Translations under genes and position numbers: made by a program
Notes under the pieces: generated by a model
Database searches by the model: none
Seen by the model: only the letters and a program-made list of their open reading frames with translations
What the model was told of the DNA's origin: nothing
From: Diplonema japonicum
Taxonomy: Eukaryota; Protista; Euglenozoa: Diplonemea
Assembly (NCBI GenBank): GCA_964019335.1
Contig: OZ025711.1
Coordinates: forward strand, 310,001 to 374,000
Direction of reading: 5' to 3'
Length of the DNA stretch: 64,000 nucleotides
In this document: positions 24,501-36,508 of the stretch, piece after piece
Numbering within the stretch: the first letter of the stretch is position 1
How the letters are laid out: each line of letters starts with the position of its first letter

Positions 24501-27474
24501 CCAACGTTTCACCTGGCTTCACCAAGGCCATCAGTTTCGTTGTGGCAGCCATGACTGGTCCGTAGTAGTCCATCCGTAGCGTGATCGGGTCCGTTCGTGC
24601 CTGAGGAGTTCCCGTGAGGACAGCTATCTTGATCTTAAGCCCATTCCAAAGGAGGCTGCCGTTCTGCTCTATTCTCTCCGCTTCCTTTACTTCCAGCAGA
24701 CCCAGTGGCCAATCTGCATCCAAAGCACCCAACTGCACATCGTTCGCAAAACTAAGTGCGGCCTTCCGTTCTTGAAAGGCGGCAACAAGTGTGTCCCCAT
24801 TGGCGTTCACGACATAGCCGCTGTGCACATCCAACATGGTCCTGTACAAGTCAGAGAGCAGCTCAACAGCAGGTATCATGGCAACAGTTGCGTTGTTCCA
24901 AAGCCCTGTTGTGTGGGCAGCGGCGCACAAGAGCGACACCTCGCCTTTCGGCGCGTTCTTCTCCGACAGTTCGAGCTTTCGTTCGAGAGCTTCGAGCTTT
25001 TGTTTTTGCTCCTCGTTGAGTGCCTGTATCTCCACTTTAGGAGGCTCAGGGGGCTCTCTTGCAAGCATGAACTCCGCCATCCGTTCGCTTAGCACTGTCG
25101 GCACGATTGCCTGCAACACCTCCTCGTCGCTGAACCCCTTCAGGTTCACCGCGGGCAGTGTCCACATTGTGACGCCCCCGTCGACGATCTCATCAGTCAT
25201 GAGAAGCGGTTCCAGACGCTGGGCGGCATCAATAGAAACCACCGTTTCACCTCCCCTACCGCAACCGCTGACCCTTGCAGCCTTGTTCACCACAGGGCCG
25301 AAGTAGTCCATCCGCCCCGTAGTAGGGTCAGTTTGGCACAGGGGCCACCCAGCATGTATTCCCATCCTTACCCTAACACCCCTCCAAAGACAACCCCCAT
25401 CAGTGCGAGGGGCAGGTCTAGCGACTTCCAGTTCAAGGAGGCTGTCTGGCCACTCCAATGCGAGGAGCAACATTTGCGTTTGCATGCACCACTTAGCAGC
25501 GTCCTCAGTGAACTCGAAAGCAATCATAAAGGCGTCGCCCTCGGTCTTCACTTCGTACCCATTTGTCTCCAGCATCAAGCCCCGCAGATGCTCGTTATGA
25601 AGGGCGATGGAGGTGATCATCCCGTCCTGCGTCTGGTTCCACAAGTACGTTGATGACTGGATGTCCGTGAAAACAAGAGAGACATCGCCCATAGGGGCGG
25701 GGATCCGGTTCTCAATAACCGCCTTCTCGGGAGGGGGGTCTTTCTTGAAGAAGAAGCGTCTGTTGACCAGTGCGTTGGCGAAGATGTGGTACAGCAACAC
25801 GCCATCAGAGAAGCCTTTCAATTCGAACACTTCGTGCTCGAAGATCACTGCCCCGCAGCTGATGTACTTTGTGGAGTGTTCCTCTGTCAAGATGTCCTTT
25901 ACAGCTTCATAGGCATCGACACTCATCACGACTTCACCGCCGCGCCCTTTCGATGAGACACGTGCGGCGAAGTTCACTACTGGTCCAAAGTAGTCCATCC
26001 TGTTTGTAGTGGGGTCCTCCTCGCACAGTGGTTCATCATAGTGGATACCCATGCGTATCCTGAGCCCCCTGAACACCAGAATCCCTTCCTCGTCGCGGAT
26101 CTCATCTGTTGTGTCCTCCACCCCCAGCACCTCCTCTGGCCAATCCATGTCCTGCAGCTGAACTTGTGTCTCGCAGCACCACTTGCAAGCGTCTAATGTG
26201 TTGTGGAAGGACACCATGAAGGCATCACCCTCTGTCTTCACCTCGTACCCGTTGAACCTCTTGATCGCGGCCCTCATCAGGATGTTGTGTTCTTTGATAG
26301 CACGCCGCATGCCTGTGGGCGACAGGTTCCAGAGGAACGTGCTGCTTTGTATGTCGGTAAAGACCAAAGCCACGAAGCCTAAAGGAGCAATCTCCGGCTT
26401 GAGTCGTAGTTGCAACTCGAGCTGAGAGCTATACTTGTCGAAGGAATCATGCGAAGAGGATATCGGCGAAAACAACTTAGGAGACGAGCAGAAGTCGCTG
26501 TCTGGGAGGGTGAAGTTCATGGCGTCTTCGAAGGCAGCGACGGACTTTTCCATGCCGTCCGTCTGGGTGCCCATGTGATTGGTGTCAACCTCGGGGCCTG
26601 CTGTAGCATGTGTCATGTTGCGTTGTTCCTCGACGAGGGCGTCGTACTTGGCTTCGGTTTTCGCGAGGGCAGACGACGTGGCCCACGCCTCGCTGCGCAG
26701 CTTGTCGGCCACTAACTTGCTGGTCGCCTTCTGAATCATCATTGCCCTTTGCAGCTCGCTGATCTGCTGTGTCAGCACCGGGTCTGGCGGCATGGGGTCC
26801 GTCATGCTGGCAACGTCATCGTACAGAATGACCTCTGCCCCTTCCATGGATTGCGCAAAGTTCTTGTTCCACATGGAAGCCTGCACGATCAGGAACTCGT
26901 TCAATTCTTCTACAGTAGTGAGTTGTGCCCGTTCGTTTTCCATGTTCGCGATGGAATTCTGGAGCGCGACCTTGTTGTTGTGGTGCGTTGAGAGGAGCTC
27001 TGACAGCAGAGCAAGGTGCGAGGTGCTGCCTGGCTCGGTACACTGCTCGAAGAAATGGTGGAAAAAGACGTCGGAAAAGGTAAAAGGGTGCTCGATGTCT
27101 GCTATCCGACCTGCTTTGAAGATCTCCATAAGAGGCTCCCACACGGAAGCTGTGAGGTCATCGAAGCTGCTGACCTTTGTTGAAAGGAGTGTTTTGATAT
27201 TTACGGCAGTCGGGCACGCGGCAAAAGAAGACCGTGCGCCCTGTGTAATCGATACGGAAGTGGAGAGCAGGTCGAGTATCTTCTCGTCGACGGTGCGCTG
27301 CGAAGGAGGTTCTTGTTTTCTTTCCTTCATAAAGTTGCGAAGCCTGTCCTTCGCTGTGCTCGGCCTCTCTGCATGTCTAATTCCTTTATTCTTCCCATCA
27401 TTCTTCGGAGGTGATGGGACCCATCCAACGAGCCTCTGGCCCTGTGTGCTACTCCGGAACTTGCCATCCCCCAT
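21564..27474 (-). CDS. Soluble class III adenylate cyclase-like protein with six tandem cyclase domains (~1960 aa); 2 exons
   Basis: Two intact FTDIQSST...GYEVKTEGDAFM...RMGIH...MDYFGPVVNxAARV domains plus four degenerate ones. A 34-nt intron at 22139-22172 (GTATGT...ATACAG) joins ORF 21564..22094. No transmembrane segment is apparent after ATG 27474. Confidence 0.88.
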
Positions 27475-27834
27475 CCTGAAATAAATGTGAGCGACAGAAT
27501 GAGGAGGAGAAGAAGAAAAAACTGGATCTACACTGGTTAGGACTGTGCATGGGAGAAATGGTCCCAAAGAGAGAAAGGAAAAGAAAAGAGAGAAAAAAAG
27601 GGAAAGTAAAAACAGTAAAAACAAAGACTTGGGGCCTTGGTCACTTAAAAGAGAAGAAGAAAAAGAAGAAGAAGAAAAAAAAAAGTGAGAGAAAGAAGAA
27701 AGAAGAAGAATAAAACAAAGAGAGAGTCGGAACAGCAAACGGAAAGATTCATGGCTCCCCTAATCTTCTTCTTGTTCTCCCTTCACCTCCCCTATATTTT
27801 TTATTTATTTTTTTTTTTCCCTCGTTCATGCACG

Positions 27835-27871
<37 letters not shown>

Positions 27872-27945
27872 AAGTCAGGTTATCTCATCTTGTTGAGGGA
27901 ACTTTTTCCCGGTTCCTTCCTTGAAGCAAGAAGTAAAAAAAGAGG

Positions 27946-27987
<42 letters not shown>

Positions 27988-28024
27988 CCCTTTTTTTTCT
28001 CTGAAACAAAAAGATTTCCCGATC

Positions 28025-28773
28025 CTACTTACACTGTGAAGTGGCATAGATGAACTGGTTAAGGTTGAAGGACACGTTACCACTCCGCTGATTTTTTTAA
28101 TGATTTTTTTTTCTCTTCTTCTTCCCCAAATGTACCTGAGTATCAAAGCTTGCAAAGGTGTTAGTGGCTATCTGCAAGTAAGCACAAAGACCCACATACT
28201 CAGTCATGGACATGACACCGTTGTGGTCCGGATCGTATACCTTTTTTTTTTTTTTTTTTTTTTTTTTTCCCTTCAATGATCCTCCTTCTTTCATACCCTC
28301 ACTGCTGCGTAAAACGCATGCTGATCAAGATTGTAACCAGCGTGGGTAAGGGCCTGGTGGGTTTCTTGCATGTCGAGACTTCCTGACCGGTCGCGGTCGA
28401 AGTGGTAAAATGACTACAAAAAAGAAAAAAAAAATTCACTATGATAGGAACGAAGTGGTTAGCAACGGCCCGCAAAAATTATTTTAGATAGAAAGTTTTA
28501 CAGTTTGCATACTACTTGTTTTTGTTGCACCCACCCGTACATGTTGCAGAACTCCTGATAGGTCATCGTCCCTTGCTTATTCGCATCGAACAGCCGCAGC
28601 AGCATGTTAGTGCTCATCATCGAAAATCGCAGCCCCGCTTGCTGCAGTGCCATCTGAAGCTCCTGTGCATCCACTTGCCCCGACCTGTCTTTATCGACAT
28701 AGTTGAACCAAGTCAACATCTGTTGTTGCAAACCCGCATTTTGCTGTTGCTGAGGTTGTGCGTAAGGATTCAT
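28025..28773 (-). CDS. Penta-EF-hand calcium-binding protein (ALG-2/peflin/sorcin-like); 4 exons
   Basis: Q-rich N-terminus; EF loops DKDRSGQVD, DANKQG, DRDRSGSLD, DPDHNG and DTQRSG assembled through introns 28414-28512 (or -28515), 28241-28296 and 28088-28135. Confidence 0.9.
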
Positions 28774-28959
28774 TTTTTTTTTTTTTTTTTTTTTTTTTCC
28801 TTCTTCTTTTTTTGTACATTTTGAAAGGCAACCTTTGAAGGGGAAAAAAAAAGGGCAAAAAGAAAAAAAATTATAATATAATACACATTTATGTGTCTGA
28901 AATCTACAGTTCTAACGGGGGGGGGGGGGGGGATTACAATCAACCCACTACTACCCTCG

Positions 28960-30020
28960 TCACAGCGCCACGATATTGCCATAGACTGGGTTGTAGGTGG
29001 ATCGTGGGGGGCTGTAGAGAGACTGTTTAGAGGGAGATGGAGAACGTGCCTTCTCCCATTCATGCATGAACGACGTCCAGAAAAGACCTTTAGAAGTGAC
29101 CGCTGTGCTGGTAGGGGAAGGAACTGGAACAGGGACAGGAAGGGGCACGACGTGGCCGGCAGTCATAGTGATAGGAGATGCAGTCACTGCAACTGGATTC
29201 ACTGGGGTCGAGACTCTCAAGATAGGCTGCATGGGTTCCTCACCTAAGGCCACCAGACCGCAGTGGCCGCAAGGCACAGGCCCCGTTTGTGTCCCCACAG
29301 TGACGCCTCTGATGACCCCTACCCCAGTGCTAAGCACACTCGTGTAGTTATTTACAGGTGTTCTCGCCTCCCCTCGTCTTTTGATTTCCTTGCATTTTGC
29401 TTCGTACAAGCGTTGCCTGAGAAGTGGAGGATATTAGAAATAGATTTTTTTTTTTTCTCGTTCATACTTATCACCGGCGGTGACCCGTCTTGTTTCTTCC
29501 CACATCTGGGCTACTCTTTTCCATTCTGCCTTCGACATCCGCAAGGGGTGCCCGTTGTTATACTCCACAAGCAGATCGTTGGACCGCTCGTCCCATCCCC
29601 GTTGCGTTTCGAAAAACTGCACGAACGCGTCCGAAGCCTTGAAGGTGTGTTCCACGCCGTTGCAGGTCAGGACGAAGGTGGTCGGGTTTGCGTCTTCCCA
29701 ACCCTGCAGGAACAAGCGCAGGAAGTCCTGGTTCACCAAAACGTTGCCGTCAGCGTGCGAGGAGGCGACCACGAAGTGCGGTGCGTCCGTAGCACCCTCG
29801 CTTAGCTTAAGCTCCGTGATAAAGTTGTCCCAAAAATCTCTGTCGTATTATTAGTTTTTTTTTTTTTTTTTTTTTTTTCTTTTTTTTTTTTTTGCCGCTT
29901 ATTCTTTTTCTTACCTATCGGCAGGGAACGTAAACTGCTCACCAGCGATGACGGCCATCTTGCCTGCCCGTTTAATCAGCGGGTCGCGGAGCTCAAACCA
30001 TGGCTGCAGAAAGAAGTAAG

Positions 30021-30070
<50 letters not shown>

Positions 30071-30975
30071 AAAAAGAAAAAACGGTTTCTTTCTTGTATC
30101 CATACCATCTGGGGGATCCAAGGTGAATCATCACGGGAAGCGACAGAGAGCGGGTCTAGCGGTGTTAACATGCTCTGGGGAAAGTAGGCGGAAGAGGCGT
30201 AAGTAGAAGGCTCCGGCCGAGGTTGCAATGGGCTCGCAGGAGTGTCAAAGACAGGGGCAGGGGAGAAAGGATCAACCGGCTCTATCGTGAATTCAGGAGA
30301 GACAGGAGATGTCATGGGGGCAGCTGCTTGCGGGGCTGAGATTTCTTCTATCACCACCTTCGGAGAATTGATGGTTGGGGGAGGGATTTCTTCGGACTCA
30401 TGGGGGGCGTTGGCGGTAAGTCGTCTTTCGAGTTCGATGGCTTGTTGTTTTGTGCTGGGGACACGGTAGTCTGCGCCCTTACGAAGATCCGCTATTTGCC
30501 GTAGGTTTACAGCGGTGTCTTCTTTTATAGGTGTTTCAACCCATTCGCCTCGGAGACACTTCACTCGTGAGATGATTGAGGGGAACTCAGAGGGGCTTGA
30601 GTTAAGGTTCCTGTGATCATGCTCCAAATCAAGAAGAATGTCAGGGATACCTGGAACCGTTCCTATGAATACCCGTGAGGTTTGAGCGATGCGGGAAGAC
30701 AGAGGGGCCACCCTCATCTCCACGATGCACGACATCGGGACGAACCGCTTGATGTTCCCGTCCACCGCGCACAACAGCAAAGCATGTGGTGTTACACATG
30801 CCACCCTCAGGCTCGACCCCCGTCCGCAATTTATCTTCTGGCAAAATCTTACGTAGATAACATCATCAGCCACATGTGGCCTGAATGATTCGTGAACCAC
30901 GATGGGTTCACCCGAAGTCAATTCGAAGTGTATCCCAGCTAGCGGCACGCCAGAAGCTGGCACTGGGAGCTGCAT
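28960..30975 (-). CDS. Hypothetical protein with an N-terminal PH/myosin-TH1-like domain and Pro/Ser-rich regions; 4 exons
   Basis: Three ORFs join in frame through introns 30004-30105, 29840-29914 and 29417-29467. The N-terminal KIN....RVACVT..ALLLC..DG.IKR pattern resembles TH1/PH-like folds (domain call tentative). Confidence 0.7.
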
Positions 30976-31088
30976 AGTGTTTAATTTTTATGTATGTGTT
31001 TTTTACATGGCACCATTTCCCTTCCTTTTTTTTTCTTCTTCTTTTTTTTGTTTTCGTTACAAATCTTTCCTTGCGTACAGGAAGGCAT

Positions 31089-31260
31089 GGTCTGAAACAT
31101 GACAAAATGACGACAGGTACTCCCTTCCGACGTTCCAACGACAAGCTGTGTGGAAGGTGGGGTGAGTCCTCTGGAACTAATGGCATTTTACGGATGGAAG
31201 AGCGTGTCGGTTGCAATTGGCTATGACAAGGAACAATGCATAACAAAACTATCAACTCGG
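31089..31260 (+). pseudogene. Decayed tyrosine-recombinase fragment (Crypton-like transposon relic)
   Basis: GLKHDKMTTGTPFRRS, then after a frameshift VEGGVSPLELMAFYGWKSVSVAIGY; resembles the TGHSFRR...GWKS...GY C-terminal YR motifs. Confidence 0.6.
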
Positions 31261-31767
31261 ATACAAGAGATGTACGTACGACTTGGTTACATCACGCGGC
31301 TAAAATCCTGGTGTCGGCTAGGTCCGGCTCCCCAACAAAAAAAGGGGGTTTCTCATTGCCTGTTTTTCTGAATAAACTTAAAAAACTAATAACTACCAGG
31401 AACACTCCTTTCTCTGCACCGTTCTTTTTCCTCCTTTTTTTTCCCCCTGTTCTTTCCCCCCCTCTCGAATTCTGTTTCCCCCGAAGAGAAAAAAAAAAAA
31501 AGAAGTGACACAAACAAAAAAGGCAGTGACAATAAAAAGAAAGTAGAAAAAAAGAAACCTAAAAATGAAGCCAAGTGAATCCAACTTAAACTAATTGAAA
31601 CGTATATCCCCCCCTACCCCCCTTTTGCCTTCCTTTGAATCAAAAAGCAAGAAAGAACCAGAAAAAGAAGAAAATGCCGCCGCCCCGTTTACCAAAGAAC
31701 GAAAATAAGGGGGAAAGTTAGAGGAGAAAAGGTGTGACTCAAAAAAAGAAAACAGTAACTATAGAAT

Positions 31768-34700
31768 TTAATCATTCCGAAGAAAAAGCTTCGCTGTGGA
31801 ATCGATGAGCTGGTTCACTTCCAAGAAGGTAGGTGAGGTGACCCGAAGTGCCTTGGAGTAGAGCTCCTTGGCATCTTCTAAAGGATTAAGCCGAGAGGCG
31901 TTCTGCTTGGAAACAGCCCGCTTGGGAGGCGCAATGGTGTTGCTCGAGTAGATTCTGACAGCTTCTTTCAAGACATCTGTCACCAGTTCGAGAATGTGCC
32001 TGAGTTCGTTGTCGAAATCTTCATTGCCACTCTCGAATTTCTAGCGTTTTTTTTTTTTTTTTTTTTTTTTTTTTCCCCTCCCTCACACACCTGCTTCGCA
32101 TTTGCAAACCATGGCTGCACTTTTGTCAATGTCCTCACCACGGTCTTCAAGTACTGTTCCTTCTTCACAGTGGGATTCGTCACTGTTGAAAACGTTTTTT
32201 ATTTTCTTTTTTAAGCGTTGCATACGATGGAATAAATGCAGTTTTGCAACCTCTCTTCTCAGCTTCAGGTACATGCAATTGTCCCGCTGGTTTGAGTAGA
32301 AGTCCATCGCCTTGTTATAGTACATTTCCGAGTACTTGAACCGCTTCTCCTGCCTCTGCTCTTGCGTTGTCTTGTCGGAGGTGCTCTGCACAGCGTAGTT
32401 GCCCCGCAGTGTTTTCATGAAGAGCTGCCCGAGGTGGGCCCGCGCCTCTGCCTCGGATTCTTCTTGTCGGAGAGCCTTTATTCATTTTTTCTTAATAGTT
32501 CGGACAGCATACCGAGAAGGTTTTCAAAGCGGACTGCAGCAAATCCGACGCACGTTTTTCAAAGTCCACTCCAGGCTGCTGCTCCGTCAGTTGTGTTAAA
32601 TGAAGCTTTACTCTGCAAGCAAGCTGTAGCTGAGCATTCGCACTGAGCATCATAGCATCTTTGTTGAGCTGCGCTGCCACAGGCGGGAGCTTTGCGGCGT
32701 TCGACGACAGGATCGCAACTGCGTCCTGAAAGCACGAGATCGCTTGGTTGACAAACACCTCCTCTTGCTCAGACAACATGTCCTCGGGAAGCCTGGTGAC
32801 GCTCTCCTTCGACGAGCGGAGCATCAGCTTCCCATGGTTCATGCTCGTTGTCGCCCTGTTAATGTCTGCGTTCGGGTCTTTCACGGACTCGAAACACCTG
32901 TATGCCTGTTTGTACTGGTCAGACGCCTTGCTTAGCCTGTTTGTCCGGATGAGGTTTGAAGCCCACAAGTTGTACATCATCCCGAGCTTCATCTTCAAAT
33001 CGGACTGCGTGCTGTACACAACTTCCACATTGTGCGACGTCCGTCTGCAGTCCTGAGTCCTTGCGACCTGCGTCACAGCTAGGTAGTAAAATTCAAGCGC
33101 TTTGTTCACGTTGCTATCGACATCGGAAGTGAGCTCCTTCATCTTATGTAAAATAGAAGACCCGTTTTGCTTCAAAAGCCCCTCGAGGGTATTTTGAGCC
33201 GCGGTGATAGACGGTATCTCTTTGTTCCCCACGCTTGAGAGGAGCCTTCTGACGACTGCTTGGTAAACATCTCCGACGGTTTCGCTGAGGCGTGCGGTCG
33301 CAAGCTGCGCATAAGAAGGGTCACGGACTTCAGGTGTTGTCCTGCTGCCGCTGTGCTCGGGTTCCATGCCAGGTGGCGCAGTGAGAGCAAGCTGCCCAGA
33401 AGCAAATTCCTTCTTCCTCGCTACCTCGATAGCGTCCTCTGCCTTGCGGATCCATTCCAAACATTTCCCAACGTCATCAATAGCAGCGTACTTCACGCTG
33501 AGCCCAATGTAGCAGTGTATCAGCCTTTCCATGTACAACTTATCCGCGTCGGTGTCACTACCCTTCAACACATCCAATGCAGCGATTAGTTCCGTTATCG
33601 CCAAATGGAACCCCTCCATCTCCTCTGCTTTCCCTGGAATGATCGCGCTTGACTCCTCCTTCGGTGTCGTTTTCTTCTTTGTCTTCGTTGTGTCTTCTTT
33701 CTCCTTGTGCATGTCGCTGATACCACAACTCCTAAGATGCGCTGTCGCTAAGTGCCCGTGTGCCTCTGCCAGAATAACTGGCTCTGTCGTCTCTGGCAAC
33801 AAGTCGATAGCTTTGCTAAGTAGCTCCACCGCTTTCAAAGCGTGCACGGGTTCCTTTGAATCAGCAAGCTTGCCACCCATTCTAAGGCATAACATCGCTA
33901 CTGGGTAGGCGAACGGCTTTTCCTGTCTCGTGTTGCTTGCGGGTACCAACGCTCGCTCGGTCTTCTTTTTGTTGTCCTGTGTTTTAGGAGTTAACAGATA
34001 ATCAAGCGAGAGTATTTTTTATTTCTTAGCCTTTTTATCTTTGTAATGTGCAACAGCCAACTGGAGGACCAGCCAAACGAGCATGCATGCAAGAGCATGA
34101 AGAATCTCAGTTATGACGACTATAAGGAGAAAGTAACTAAGGTCTATATCTCACGAGACCCAATAAGCATGTCATACATCAAGATCATCCACTTGTCAAT
34201 ACCACCAAAAATTCCCCGAAGGCGGCTTAGCTCAGTGGTAGAGCATTGGTCTTGTAAACCAAGGGTCGAGAGTTCGATCCTCTCAGTCGCCTCTTTTTTT
34301 ACCACCCCAAATTTCATACCATGTCTTCATAAACTTGACTCAAGTCATACAGTTTTAATGTGGAACCTGCTTCTCTGACAAGCACATAGCTGCCAGCGTC
34401 TCGTTTGCAGTTTTCCTTTAGCCAGTGAAGAACGTTTCCGGCGTACTCTTGGACGACTTGGGGTTCGAAGGAGGCCTCCTTCCGGAAGGTTGGGATGTCG
34501 TTGGTAGAGATGAGCTGGTAACCTTGCGTGACGCCGTCCTTGTGGTAGCAAATTGCGACCTGGGGCACGTTGTTCATCACGTTGTCAAGCCAGTACTCGA
34601 CGGCGTCGCCAGGGGTGAGAGGCTGGTCAATGTCTCGAAGCTTGAGAGCAACTTCAGGTCCTTTGTCATGCTGCATTATAATCTGGTCGGAACCGAGAAG

Positions 34701-36342
34701 GAGCTTGAGGTCTTGGAAATGCCATTTTAGGTTTCTGTAAAAGCTGGGAGGTGGACGCGCGGCTTCAGTGTGCAACAAGGCCCCGTCGGATGGTGAACTG
34801 AACGCTTCGAAATCGTCCTTCAAAGGACTGTCTTCCAAAGGGGGCGGGGAAGCATCGTCCTTGTCGCTGTCCTTGCCCTGCGGGGGCGGAGTTGCCTGCC
34901 GTCTTGCCTCGATTTCTTGATCCTCTGCAAGGATGGAGTAGTACATCAGTTTAGACATCAGTTCGCTTCTGTTGGTATCCTCATCTTTGTGCTGGTTGCC
35001 GGACTCGATCACAAGGCTCTGCCCAATGCGGTGGATCGACATTGACAGATCGCCTGTCGTGTACGGGGCACCGAACAGCTCCTTCAAGTTCTCTGCAGGT
35101 GCAATAAAGTCGATGCCTTCAGTCTCACCATGTGACGCCATGTCGTGCGCCACTGCAAGGGACAGCGCAGACGCAGGAAATTCCTTTTCGGGCAGTTTTT
35201 TTTTCCCCCTCCCCCCCAGATCCATGTTTTCTTCTTCTTTTTCTTTGAACAAAGTTCATACCCTCGAATGGTGTTCCACCTTTCCAGGATTGTATGCGTG
35301 GTGAATCCTCTTGTCATCGTCCAACCAGTTGCTGGGAGGGTGGGTCAGATCAGTTCCCCGCTGTATTTCCACGTACCTTTGTTTTTTTTTTCTTTTAAGA
35401 GGAGAAAAAAAAGGGAAGCCTACCGAGGGTTCGTGTTCAGTTCACCTATCGGTTCTACCCGTGGCATGGTGGTCCGAACTATTTTCTGGTCTTGAGTCGC
35501 AGGTTCCTTTAATTTTTTTTTTCTTTATGACTAATATTTGTTATATACCGCTCTTTGGAAGGAGAACTCTGCGATAGGCATTGGAACCCTGTCAACCCTA
35601 ACAGAAGTTTCGCTCGGCAAATCGAGTTGAAGCTCCTCTATTGCCTCGTCAATGGGCGGGGTGGTGGCGCCCTTTGTCGGAGAAGCAGTAAGGAGCAGCG
35701 GCATGTCCTTTTTCCCTATTGAAAGCGAGTGCCTGGTAACTGAGCACCTGGTTGCTCATTAGACATACGTTGGTTCGGCTCCGGTTCTGGCGCAGCTTTC
35801 CGAGGAACCTCCCATTCGTCGTTGATGGGGCGAATGCCTACCTTTGTAACGACATCTGACGAGAACCCATCTGGGAAAACAGGAGGTGGGGGCATCATGG
35901 GGAAGGTCATTCCGATAGGAGGGGGGGGCATCCTGGGTTCGTTCCAACCACCCATATGCATTCCCATATCAAATGGAGGTAGAAAGGGCCCCAATGAGGT
36001 GAAAGCGTCTGGAGTTTCAACATGATGGGCTGGGGGTGTTACTGGCTTCACAGACTGTTGTTGTTGTTGTTGATGCGTGGGTGGTGCCAGGCTTTCGTTC
36101 AATTTTTCTTTCAAACTGCCCACTGCCCCCAGGACCGTTTTCACAGGGGCGAAACCCTTCATGCAAAAAGGATCCTCCTTCAACTCCTCTTTCGTCAGCG
36201 TCATCAAAATCATCCCGTTGATCTCTTCCTCTTCGAAAATTTTTACGTACTGCTCGGCAAGGTTGACGCTTCTCAAGTACGCGGCGACATGGGTTGCTGT
36301 CCATTGGTGCGGGTCCAGACCTGGGGGAGGGATATCGCTCAT
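31768..36342 (-). CDS. EDRF1: EDRF1-like protein with an N-terminal SAM domain and C-terminal TPR-like helices; 9 exons
   Basis: SAM segment (WTATHVAAYLRSV...FEEEEINGMILMTLT); EDRF1 motifs TDLTHPPSNWL, AENLKELF.APY, LLLGSD, EYWLDNVMNNVPQVAICYH and WLKENC. Introns 35716-35768 (or 35740-35768), 35507-35548, 35377-35423, 35184-35261, 33977-34319, 32476-32512, 32183-32225 and 32041-32090 all restore frame. Confidence 0.85.
34221..34292 (+). tRNA. trnT-UGU: tRNA-Thr(UGU), antisense within EDRF1 intron 5
   Basis: GGCGGCT/AGTCGCC acceptor stem, TAGCTCAGTGG A box, TTGGT-CTTGTAA-ACCAA anticodon arm, GTTCGATCC B box, downstream T run. Confidence 0.97.
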
Positions 36343-36452
36343 TTTTTCCCCTTTTTTTTTTCCCTCCCTCTTTCTCCCGGTGATCTATATAATTATCGTT
36401 GGAGAAAAAAAAGGGGGGGAAGGGGGTAAAATATGCAGAGGGAAAAAAAAAA

Positions 36453-36508
36453 TCGATAAATTTCAGTATGCAGGGGAGGGGGTGGGGGGGAGGGGGGATG
36501 CTCACTGT
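36453..36508 (-). repeat. Solo copy of the stem-loop motif found at the LINE 3' end
   Basis: ACAGTGAGCA-[26-nt C-rich]-TGCATACTGAAATTTATCGA matches 40385-40421. Confidence 0.7.

Noticed and set aside
34046-34378. 110-aa plus-strand ORF
   Set aside because: Runs through the tRNA and an intron; no coding signature
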